The notes beneath the pieces are model-generated. The model was not told the origin of the DNA, searched no databases, and saw only the letters and a list, made by a program, of their open reading frames with translations. The position numbers and the translations under genes were made by a program. From the NCBI RefSeq assembly GCF_009914755.1, contig NC_060927.1: 64,000 nucleotides of DNA; one strand, given 5' to 3'. Positions 27,392 to 41,780 of this stretch are shown here, piece by piece (the first letter of the stretch is position 1; each line of letters starts with the position of its first letter). The DNA comes from the human T2T-CHM13v2.0 reference genome, Homo sapiens.

Positions 27392-29926
27392 TGATATAGT
27401 TTGGCTGTGTCCCCACTCAAATCTCATCTTGAATTGCAATCCCCATAATCTGCATGTGTTATAAGAGAGACCCAATGGGAGGTAATTGAATCATGGGGGC
27501 AGTTTTCCTCATGCTTTTCTTGTGATGCTGAGTGAGTTCCCATGAGATCTTATGGTTTTACAAGCATCTGGCATTTCCCCTGCTTGCACTCATTCTCCCT
27601 CTTGCCACCCTGTCAAGAGGTGCCTGTCACCATGATTCTGCATTTCCTGAGGCCTCCCCTACCTTGTGGAACTGTGAGTCAATTAAACCTCTTTTCTTTA
27701 TAAATTGCCCAGTCTTGGATATTTCTTCATAGCAGCAAGAGAATGGACTAATACAGTAAATTGGTACCAGGAGTGTTGAGAATGTGGAATTGACTTTGGA
27801 ACTGGCTAACACAGAGAGGCTGGAAAAGTTGAGAGAGCTCAGAAGAAGATAGGAAGATGTGGGAAAGTTTGGAACTTCCTAGAGACTTGTTGAATGGCTT
27901 CAACCAAAATGCCAATAGTGATATGGACAATGAAGTCCAGGCTGAGGTGCTATCCTTTAGCAGAGAGACTGGAAGCATTTCGCTCCTGCTCTAGAGATCT
28001 ATGGAACTTTGAACTTGAGAGAGATGATTTAGGGTATCTGGTGAAAGAAATTTCTAAGTACAAAGAAGTCAAGAGTTAGCAGAGCATAAAAGTTTGGAAA
28101 ATTTGCAGACTGACAATGCAATAAAAAAGAAAAACCCATTTTCTGGGTAGAAATTGAAGTCCACTTCAGAAATTTGCATAAGTAGCAAGGAACAAATGTT
28201 AGTCACCAAGACAATGCAAAAAATGTCTCTAGGGCATGTCAGAGACCTTCACAGCAGCCCCTCCCATCACAGGCCTAGAGGCATAGGAGGGAAAAATGGT
28301 TTTGTGGGTTGGGCTGGGCCTGAGATATTGGGACTCTGGAACTAGCCAAGAAAAGTAAATATTCTGTTTGTATTCATGTTCCTAAATCTTCACACTTTAC
28401 TCCAAAACAATTCACCAAGTATGAACCAAACTTTCACAGCATAATTTCAAGCTAAACAATTGCAATTCTGTACATAATATATTCATGTTTGAAATGAATG
28501 CTTTGAACCACAAGAGGGAGATGTTGTCGAATGCTACAATGTGAACCTGCATTTTGAATATTTTATAACAGGGTAAGAGTTTCCACTCTAAGCAGCTATT
28601 CAAAAATAAATGTCAGGATTTTGGTAATAAATGCTGTGCATAAGTAAAAGCAAACAAAGAAACAAAACAAAACAAATAAAACCAGGCACTGTACACGATT
28701 TGGTGCCCTGCATCCCAGCTGCTCCAGCCACAGCTAAAAGAAGTCAAGGTACAGCTCTGGCCCTTGCTTCAGAGGGTGCAAGCCCTCAGCTTTGATGTCT
28801 TATATGTGGAGTTGAGCCTGCCGGTGCTAAGAAGTCAAGAATTGAGATTTGGAAACCTCCACCTAGATTTCAGAGGATGTATAGAAATACCTGGACATCC
28901 AGGCAGAAGTTTTCTGCAGGAGCACTGTCCCCATGGAGAACCTCTGCTAGGGCAGTGCAAAAGGGCAATATGGGGTCGGAGCCCCCACACAGAGTCCCCA
29001 CTGGAACACTGCCTAGTGGAGCTGTGAGAAGAGGGCCACCATCTTCCAGACCCAAGAGTGGTATATCCACTGATGGCTTGCACCGTGTACCTGAAAAAGT
29101 TGCAGACACTCAATGCCAGCCTGCAAAAGCAGCTGGGAAGGGGGCTGTACCCTGCAAAGCCAAAGGGGCCAAGCTACCTAAGGCTGTGGGAACCCACCTC
29201 TTGCATCAGCACGACCTGGATGTGAGACATGGAGTCAAAGGAGATCATTTTGAAACTTTAAGTTGTGAGGACTGCCCTATTAGATTTTAGACTTGCCTGA
29301 GGTCTGTAGCCCCTTTGTTTTGGCCAATTTCTCCCATTCGGAATGGGTGTATTTACCCAATGCCTGTATCCTCATTTTATCTAAGTAGTAACTAACTTGC
29401 TTTTGATTTAAGCAGAAGGGACTTGTCTTGTCTCAGATGAGACTTTGGACTTGGCCTTTTGGGTTAATGCTGGAATGAGTTAAGACTTTGGAAGACTGTT
29501 GGGAAGGCATGATTGTGTTTTGAAATGTGAGAACATGAGATTTGGGAGGGGCTGGGGGCAGAATGATATGATTTGGCTGTGTCCCCACTCAAGTCTCATC
29601 TTGAATTATAATCCCCATAATCCCCACATGTTGTGAGAGAGACCCAGTGGGAGGTAATGAATCATGGGGGCAGTTCCCCCATTCTGTTCTTGTGATAGTG
29701 CATGAATTCTCATGAGAGCTGGTGGTTTTATAAGCATCTGGCATTTTTCCTGCTGGCACTCAGTCTCTCTCCTGCAGCCCCGTGAAGAGGTGCCTTCCAC
29801 CATGATTGTAAATTTCCTGAGTTCTTCCCAGCCATGCAGAACTGTGAGTTAATTACACCTTTTTTTCTTTATAAATTACTCAGTCTCAGGTACTTCTTCA
29901 CAGCAGCGTTAAACTGAACTAATACA
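27392..29926 (+). mobile_element. Two-LTR THE1D MaLR element (LTRs 27392-27755 and 29564-29926) with a foreign insert
   Basis: Two TG...CA LTRs containing catctggcatt; internal region starts gtaaattggtaccag; purine tract gggaggggctgggggcagaa before the 3' LTR; TSD tatat/tgtat. The 137-aa ORF at 28877 is a THE1-int remnant. Confidence 0.92.
28321..28696 (+). other. Polyadenylated non-THE1 insert (possible retroposed 3'UTR fragment)
   Basis: AT-rich unique-looking sequence interrupting THE1-int; AATAAA at 28605 and 28626; A-rich tail at 28646-28681. Confidence 0.7.
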
Positions 29927-29935
29927 TGTATATAT

Positions 29936-30216
29936 TGTATTAGTCTTCTAGAACAGCCATAATAAAATACCACAGACTGGGTGCCTTGAACAACAGAACT
30001 TTCCTCAGTGTGCACACACTCCTGGTGTCTCTTCCTTTTATAAGAAAACTAATACTATTGGATTAAGGTAAGAATATTAATACTATTGGATTATGACCCC
30101 ACCCTAATTACTTCATTTAACCATAATTATCTGCTTAAAGGCCCCACCTCCAAATACACGTTGGAGTTAGGGCTTCAATGTATGAATTTTTGGAGGACAC
30201 AATTCAGTCCATAAAA
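29936..30216 (-). mobile_element. MLT1A/B-like LTR, internally deleted
   Basis: tgtattagtc...ataccacagactgggtg...ggacacaattcagtccataa; TSD tatat/gatat. Confidence 0.75.
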
Positions 30217-30222
30217 GATATA

Positions 30223-30324
30223 TAGAAGTGCTTTCTTGTCTATTAGGAACAAGTTTCAAGACGTTCAGTGGATGCCTAAAACTATGGATAGTACAGACCC
30301 TACATCCCTACATATACTATCCTT

Positions 30325-30394
<70 letters not shown>

Positions 30395-30614
30395 CTATGA
30401 TAAAGTTTAATTTATGATTTAGGTACAGTAATAGATTGTTAATAATATCTAATAACAAAATAGAATAATTATAGCAATATTCTGCATAAAAGGTATTTGA
30501 AAATGATCTCTTTCTCTCTGTGTCAAAATATCTTGTACTGTACTCATCTATTTTTAGGCTGCAGTTGCCCACCAGTCTAAAGAAAGTAAAACAGCAGATA
30601 AGTGGGAACTTTTG
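30223..30614. mobile_element. MER44A-like Tigger element
   Basis: cagtggatgcctaaaactatggatagtac...cctatgataaagtttaatttat...gcagataagtgggaac. Confidence 0.8.
30329..30394. repeat. (AT)n(AC)n compound microsatellite
   Basis: Direct reading; expanded within MER44. Confidence 0.92.
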
Positions 30615-32057
30615 TCTCATTATATTTTCTAGTGTGAAACACATCACTGTTGTCTTACTATAGTAACATAGCCTATATTAATTAATGCATTCTAGTTGTA
30701 ATACTTTATTTATCTGTTTTATTTTCTATTTTTAATTTTATTGGTTTGAGAATGAGGTTAATATAAAAGCATAAGAAAAAGTCAAAGGGATTTTGTTCTT
30801 ACTGTAATCGAAAAAATGTAAAAAAATTTTCTGTTAAACAGAGACATTTATTTAGATTTTCTGTTTTGGCTATCTAGCAGAAGCAGTGTACAAAAAATAT
30901 TTTAAAAACATCTTAAATGCATGTTTCAGGGAGCATAAAGATAAGAAAACTTGAATTTAGAAAAATATTGTGAGAACTGAAAGTACTGTAACCAGCGTCC
31001 TGGGAATATCTATTGATCACTGATGGCCTTTTCTGGTTATTTGTTATTGTAGCCAAAACAAAGACATGAATGTAGCTGAAAAATTAGTTTAAATTGGTCT
31101 TAAGTTAGATTTGCTCCCAGATGCCTGGAAAAAACAAATACAAATTTTGCCTAGAAGGAAACAAGTAAAGTTCAGACTTTAAAAACTTATCACAGATTTA
31201 AAAAATAGGATTACAAAAGCAAATTCAAAAATCATAAGGCATAAAAGTGAATAATCATATAGAAGCATCAGCAGGAACAGCAAACAGGATAATTTGGACT
31301 AAATAAGTGACAGATAACAGAAATAACAGGCAGAAAATATAAAGTGTGTGTGTTTGGGATAAAATAAGGTATCAAAAGTAACTAAAAAACAAGAGAATAT
31401 AAAAATTGACAAGGCAGTGTTAAGAAAACAGTCAAGTAAAACTTTAATATTAAAACATCTTATAAATAATAAAGTTAGAAATTCAGTGGATTGTTAGCAT
31501 TCAAAATAGCACAGATAAAGAGAAGATTAGTGATCCAAAAGCCAATTTGAAGAAAATGTTTACAAGTAAGCAAAAGACAACCAAAGAAATAAAAATGTTA
31601 AATGGTTATACAGATGTAGAGAATGGATTGAGAAGACCTAAGATATATCTCCAGTCTCCCAAAAAGAGAGAATGAAGGAGGTATAAACTCAAAGGGTGAA
31701 AAACATTGTACATTTTCTAGAACTGATTAAAAACACCAATTAAGAAGTTTAATGAACTTCAGAAGAGCAAAGATAATGTCAAAAAGTGATCAAAGAGTGA
31801 CTTCTTACCAAGTAACAACAATTAGCCTAATAGCTGATTTCTTAGCAGTAATAATGGATGCCAGAAAACAGTGAAAAAGCATTTCAATGTGCTAAGCCAA
31901 AGTAGTTATCAATTTGAAATTTTATACCTAGCAAACTATCTTTCAAGGATGAAAATAAAATAAAGATTAAATAAAATAAATAAAAACTGAGTGTATAATC
32001 AATAGACCTCATTAAGGGATTTTAAAAAAATCTGTTATGGGAAGAAAAATTATAATA

Positions 32058-33010
<953 letters not shown>

Positions 33011-34190
33011 TGTAAAGAATACTTGAGAAGCAAAAAGACATAGCAAACGTGGATGAATTTCTAGGCAAAAAGCAAATATTTGTAACATTAATGATAATGT
33101 CCAATTTGGAAGAATATAAAATAAGCAAGACAAAACTTACTACTAATCCATAGTAATTACAGGGGAATAACTGCAGTTAAAGCCATGTAATATCCTTGTA
33201 AAGGAGAAAAGTAAGCATATTAATTAATCATAGATTTTGTCAGGTTAAATATGCATTTGAATATTTCTATGATAATTAGAGTGTATTACTTTTTTCTGCT
33301 AGAAAAAAATAAAAAGAATTCAGAAATAGGTTTGAAATAGAGCAATTTTTAAAAAGCAGTAGAAAAATAGAAAGTTCAAAATAAGATGGTAGAAATGAAT
33401 TTAAATATATCAGTAATCAAAATAAATTTAAATAAAGTATGCTTTCCAGTTAAAAAACTGTAAAATTTGCCTATATTTTTAAATCTCCAATTAACTTATA
33501 TTTATAGTGAAACAGTAAGTTTGAAAGTACAGTGATACACAGAAAAATAAAAGCAAATATTAATCAAAATAATATTGCTACAGACATACTATATCAGATA
33601 AAATTATCACAAAGGCAAAAAGCATTGCTAATGATAGCATGCCTACTATATATTATATATTAAAGATTATATTCAAATAAATCAAGAAATATATGAATGT
33701 TAAACTTGTATGTAACTAATAATATAGTGTTAAGATACGTAAAGCAAAAATAATATATTTACCATTGTTATGAGAGATATTAGCCCATATTCCTTAGTAG
33801 TTAATAGATTACTGAATAAAATGTCAATATGGATCTGGATGATTTCAGCAAACTATTTAAAAAACTACGTCTACTATATGTAAATCGAATCACACAACCA
33901 GCATTTGGAAAATAAAGAATTCTTTCAAGTACACATGGATGATACAAAAACATTGGTAATGTTGTAAGTCATAAAACAAATCTGGGCTTCCATAAAATAT
34001 TTTCCAGTATTCATGCCAAGTCAGCCAAGTCATTTTACCACAAAGAAATTAAGTTACTATCAACAATGAAACAAGATACAAAATGCATTTATTGGGATAT
34101 CAACAAACACACCTTGAAATAATTTATAGGTCAAAAAAGAAATTATAATGGCAAATAGATGTACTTACAATTAAATAATGATGAAATTTC

Positions 34191-36775
<2,585 letters not shown>

Positions 36776-36806
36776 TTACAGGATACAGCTAAAGCAATAT
36801 TTAAAT

Positions 36807-36985
36807 CAGGTTTTGGTAAAGGGTCAGGGGTAGATATTCCAAGCTTTGTGAGCTTCATATGGTCTTTGTCACCTGTTATTTTTTTATATTTTTATAAACT
36901 TTTAAAAATGTAAAAACCATTCTTAGCTTTAAGGACATAGAACATGGCTGGATTTGGCCTAAAGGCTGTAGTTTGCCAATCCCTG
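36807..36985. mobile_element. MER58(C)-like hAT-Charlie element
   Basis: cagg...taaaaaccattcttagc...gctgtagtttgccaatccctg; 8-bp TSD-like atttaaat/atttagaa. Confidence 0.7.
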
Positions 36986-37569
36986 ATTTAGAAGTTTATA
37001 CATACAGGTTTAATTTCTATTGCACAAAAGGACAATGACTAAAAATTAATAAGCTCTGCATCCAGCTTAAAAATTAATAAAAGAACAAATCAAATAGACA
37101 ATGAAATTGTACAGATAAGAGTAAATTAAATTGAAACATTTACTACAAAGATTGGTAAATCCAAAAGATGGTTTATTTGAATTAACGAATAAAATTGAAC
37201 CAGTATATGTCTATTTAATTTTATCAAAGTGACAAAGGAGGAAATGACAGATGAGAATAATCCATTTATGAGATGGAAACATATTCTGATGTGCATTCAA
37301 TCCTAGATTTATTGTAATTGTGAAATAGAATATAACCTGGGTGTCAGGGAACATAATTATGTGTGAATTATTTGAGAAATAACACTCTACACATGTCCCA
37401 GTTGAGGCTATATGCCAATCTGAAGTGGTTCTAATATAGTTTGACATTGTAATCATATTAGAGAAATTATTGTTTTGGCTTAATTAAAAAAATAGAAATC
37501 AATAGAAATGCCCTATTAAATTGCCAAAAATCCCTAAAACAAGTTGGGAGTGATTTATAATTAATTTTT

Positions 37570-39050
37570 TCAATACAAGAAATGATCAGCAGATAGATAC
37601 TGCTTTTTTTGCTATGTGACAGGGACCATATTAGGCACTTTGTATATAGTGGAAAAAATTCAAATATGGTTATTGATCTCATGGAGCTTATAGCCATTAA
37701 ATGTCTAAATATAAATTCAAAATCTAGTTACAAAAGTTGAAAAGTATTATGGCAGAAAATGGAAAGTGGTATGAGAAAAGAAAATAAGAGAGAACAGACT
37801 TACTGGGAAGTAATTATAGAAGTTTTCTCTGTGGAAGAGATATTTGGGGGGAAATTTCAAATATGAGTAGGAGTTAACCAAGTAAAAGATAAAAGTAGGC
37901 CAGAGATTGTTCCAGGCAGAAGCAGCAGCTATGGGAGACTCCTGATCTGTGGCATCATAGAAGCCAGTGTTTGAATTATCTTGTGAGAGGAGAAGAGAAA
38001 CACAATGAATGAGGTGTGGTAGTTAAACTGGGGGTAGACCAAACAAATCTTAAAGGCCTTGGCAAAGAGCTTGGATTACATTTTTAATGAGGTGAGAAGT
38101 AGTAGAATGTTTTTAATATTTGAAAAATCACCCTAGATGCATGGGGAGATTGATTTAATAAGGAAGTGCATGGAATTAGGGAGGCAAATAGGAAGTTCTA
38201 GTGGTCAGATGTGACGTGATGATGGTGTGGGCCAGGGTTGCAGCAGTGGAGATGATGAGATATAAACAGATTTGAGGTATATGGTAGAAACAGAATTAAC
38301 AGAGTTTTGTGGAATTGTGGTAGGAAGATGAAAAAATTCTTATCTAATGATTTCTGTTTTTCAGAGAAGTATGAGACAAGGTCAGCAGCTGAAAGTGTAA
38401 AGGTAGTGGTTCTTTAACCTTGGCTACACATGAGAATCATCCAAGCAGTTTAAAGACACATAAAACTGTGCCTAACCCCTAAGGATTGGTTTAATTGTTC
38501 TAGGGTAGGTCCCAGGTATCTTTAAAATTTCCCAAATAGTCTACTTAGGGCTAGGGTACACACCTACTTGTGGCACAAGTGAACTTTGAAGTACATTTAG
38601 TATGGGTAATTACAAATGTATAGTGATAAACCTTTTTTCTAGTTTCAAGAATCAGGAACTGAAAAAGCAAATAATTGAGATTATTCAAGGCCTTTGCTAG
38701 GCAATTGCGATGGGGAGAGAGAGGGTCAAATGCAGTATTTACAAAAGCATGATTGCGATGATGAGTTATGGAATCTAAGCTAGTTGAGGAAGGAAGACAC
38801 AAGGATCTGGTAGTCTATAAGAAAGTTGGGGAGGGGGTTACTGGATGAGAGGTTTCAGGTAAGTCATTAAATGACTCAGCAAGGAGGAATTACAAGTGGT
38901 GATTGATACCTGCTTGCTCAACTTCAAAGGAATTGGGGATTTGAGAGATAAGAGAAGATTTGGTCTAAGAGGAGCAAAATAGACACCTACTTTTAGGTTT
39001 CAAAATAACAGCTGCAATGACTGAAAAGAAATACCCTCAGGAATATCTGT
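37570..39050 (-). mobile_element. L2 fragments, interrupted by MER5
   Basis: ctcatggagcttatag, gttccaggcagaagcagcagc, gcagtggagatgatgaga. Boundaries approximate. Confidence 0.65.
38404..38545. mobile_element. MER5A-like hAT element
   Basis: tagtggttctttaaccttggctacacatgagaatca. Confidence 0.6.
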
Positions 39051-39498
39051 GTATAAGCTAAAGCAGAAAGTAAAAGGGAACATTTAAGAATAAATGGGAT
39101 TTTTCAGTATGTTAGTTGTTTTTGTTATCATTATTTTTGTTATGATTTATTTTGTTATCATTATTATTCTGAGGTGCTTCCTAAGAAGAATTCTGTACAG
39201 CACCAGTGTATACCTACCACAAATATCTGAAAATTCCCTTATACACTGGGAAATTTAAAAATAATAGAAAATCCAGAATTCATCATACTTAATAATGGTG
39301 TCAGTGTCTACCTGTAAGACTAAGTAGTGGAGAAAATTCTATATCGATTTTTTGGAATAAAATTTGTGCTGTGGGTGTAGGGATTGTAGCAAGACAAGCC
39401 ACAGACAAAACCCCTCAGACACCGAGTTAAAGAAGGAAGGGCTTTATTCAGCTGAGAGCTTTGGTAAGACTCACGTCTCCAACAACCAAGCTCACCGG

Positions 39499-41017
39499 CT
39501 GGATAAAAAATGAAAAGGATCCAGTCCACCTTCAGAAAGAAAAAATGGCCCTTCCTGTACTAAGGGACAATGTAAACCCTTAGAGCTAGTAATTACCAGT
39601 CCCCTTGATCCTTGCTGGAAGAAAGGGGAGCATGTGTGACCTTAGGAATCGATGGGGCTGGACTGAATCCTTGAGTAAATATCTTGGTTTGAGAAGAAGT
39701 TTACAAATGCTCTCCTGAACCGGTGTTTCAAACTTTCTATGATGAACTAAATGTGCCAGTACCAGAAATTCCAGGAAAAACAAGAAATTTGTTTTTGCAA
39801 TTAGCCGAGCATGTAGCCCAGTCTCTCAACATCACTTCTTGCTGTGTATGTGGAGGAACTGTAATGGGAGATCAATGGCCACGGGAAGCCTGAGAATTAG
39901 TACCTACAGACCCAGTTCCTGATGAATTCCTGGCTCAAAAGAATCACCCTGATAATTTCTAGGTCCTAAAAGCCTCAATTATTGGACAATATTGCATAGC
40001 TAGAGAAGGAAAGTAATTAACTCACCCCGTAGGATGACTTAGTTGTCTGGGACAGAAACTGTATAATGGTACCACAAAAACAGTCACTTGGTGGAGTTCA
40101 AATCACACAGAGAGGAATCCATTTAGTAAATTCCCAAAGTTGCAAACCATGGGGACCCACCTGGAGTCCCACCAGGACTGGACAGCCCCCATTGGATTAT
40201 ACTGGATATGTAGGCATAGAGCTTACGCCAAATTACCTGACGAATGGGCAGGTAGTTGTGTTATTGGCACTATTAAACCATCTTTCTTCCTACTGCCCAT
40301 AAAAGCAGGTGAACTCCTGGGCTTCCCTGTCTATGCTTCCCGCAAAAAGAGAAGCATAGCTATAGGAAGTTGGAAAGATGATGAATGGCCCCCTGAGAGA
40401 ATCATACAATATTATGGGCCTGCTACTTGGGCACAAGACGGCTTGTGGGTTTACCGGACCCCCATTTACATGATCAACTGAATCATATGGTTACAAGCTG
40501 TCTTAGAAATAATCATTAATAAAACCGGCAGAGCCTTGACTATTCTGGCCCAGCAAGAAACTCAGATGAGAAATGCTATGTATCAAAATGGATTGGCTCT
40601 CAACTACTTGCTAGCAGCTGAAGGAGGGGTCTGTGGGAAATTTAACCTTACTGATTGCTGTCTACACATAGATGATCAAGGGCAAGCAGTTGAAAGTTGA
40701 AGACATAGTTAGAGATATGACAAAACTGGCACATGTGCCCTTACAAGTGTGGCATGGATTTGATCATGGGGCCATGTTTGGAAAATGGTTCCCAGTGCTA
40801 GGAGGATTTGAAACTCTTATCATAGGAGTTATAATAGTAATAGGAACCTGCTTACTGCTCCCTTGTTTGCTACCCGTACTTCTTCAAATGATAAAAAGCT
40901 TCATTGCTACCTTAGCTCACTAAAATGCTTCAGCACAGGTGTACTATATGAATCACTATCGATCTGTCTTGCAAGAAGACACGGGTAGTGAGAATGAAAG
41001 TGAGAACTCCCACTATT
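39499..41017 (+). pseudogene. Gamma-type ERV env remnant (ERV3/HERV-E/Harlequin-like)
   Basis: Furin site [20 protein letters not shown], immunosuppressive domain [19 protein letters not shown]6CC and a hydrophobic TM segment; multiple stops and frameshifts; N-terminus missing. Confidence 0.9.
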
Positions 41018-41042
41018 GAGTGAGATTCTCAAAGGGGGGGAA

Positions 41043-41501
41043 TAAGGGAGGAGACCACCCCCATATTGTCTTATGCCCAGTTTCTGCCTCCAAAGAAAGA
41101 AGTAACAACTAAAAGGCAGAAATGAAATCCACAAGCAGACAGCCTGACGCCACACCCTGGGCCTGATAGTTAAAGATCGACCCCTGACTTAATAGGTTAT
41201 GTTATCTATAGACTACAGGCATTATATAGAAAAGCACTGTGAAAATCCCTGTCCTGTTCTGTTCTGTTCTAATTACTGGTGCATGCCACCACCAGTCACG
41301 TACCCCCTGCTTGCTCAATTGATCACGATCCTCTCACACGGACCCCCTTAGAGTTGTAAACCCTTAAAAGGGACAGGAATTGCTCACTCGGGGAGCTCGG
41401 TTGTTGGAGACGTGAGTCTTGCCAAAACTCCCGGCTGAATAAAGCCCTTCCTTCTTTAACTCGGTGTCTGAGTAGTTTTGTCTGTGGCTTGTCCTGCTAC
41501 A
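41043..41501 (+). promoter_or_regulatory. Complete LTR2 (U3-R-U5), candidate promoter and poly(A) site
   Basis: taagggaggagaccacccc...tcctgctaca; TATA-like TTAAAA at 41364; AATAAA at 41438. Confidence 0.75.
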
Positions 41502-41544
41502 GGATAACATCAGCAACCTTAGAGTAACCGGTCATGGAGTTAAT

Positions 41545-41780
41545 GCTGTACAGCATAGTAGTTGAAAGGCATGAGTGCTTCAATCATCTTGCTTGGGTTT
41601 AAATCACAGTTCTGCCACTTACAAAGTGTGTTACTTTGGGCAAGTTACTTAACTTTCCGTGCCTCCATTTTTTTCTGTCTGTAAAGAGAGATAGCAATAG
41701 TACCTACTTCATGGGGTACTATGCAAAGGTCTTAGAATACTATCTGGCACATAGTAAACATTCAATATGTGTTAGCTATT
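41545..41780 (+). mobile_element. MIR SINE
   Basis: ttgggcaagttacttaactttccgtgcctcca...tggcacatagtaaacattcaata. Confidence 0.8.

Larger units (their letters stand above)
39385..41501 (+). mobile_element. Rearranged LTR2 (Harlequin/HERV-E-like) provirus: inverted R-U5, env remnant, full 3' LTR
   Basis: Inverted LTR end at 39385-39493; env at ~39499-41017; PPT aaagggggggaa at 41031-41042; LTR at 41043-41501; TSD GGAT on both sides. Confidence 0.9.

Noticed and set aside
28877-29290. 137-aa ORF as a novel protein
   Set aside because: It is a remnant of the common THE1/MST internal ORF, with flanking stops and indels.
40140-40923. env ORFs as a co-opted syncytin-like gene
   Set aside because: No signal peptide or upstream sense promoter, and the frame is broken by several stops and frameshifts.
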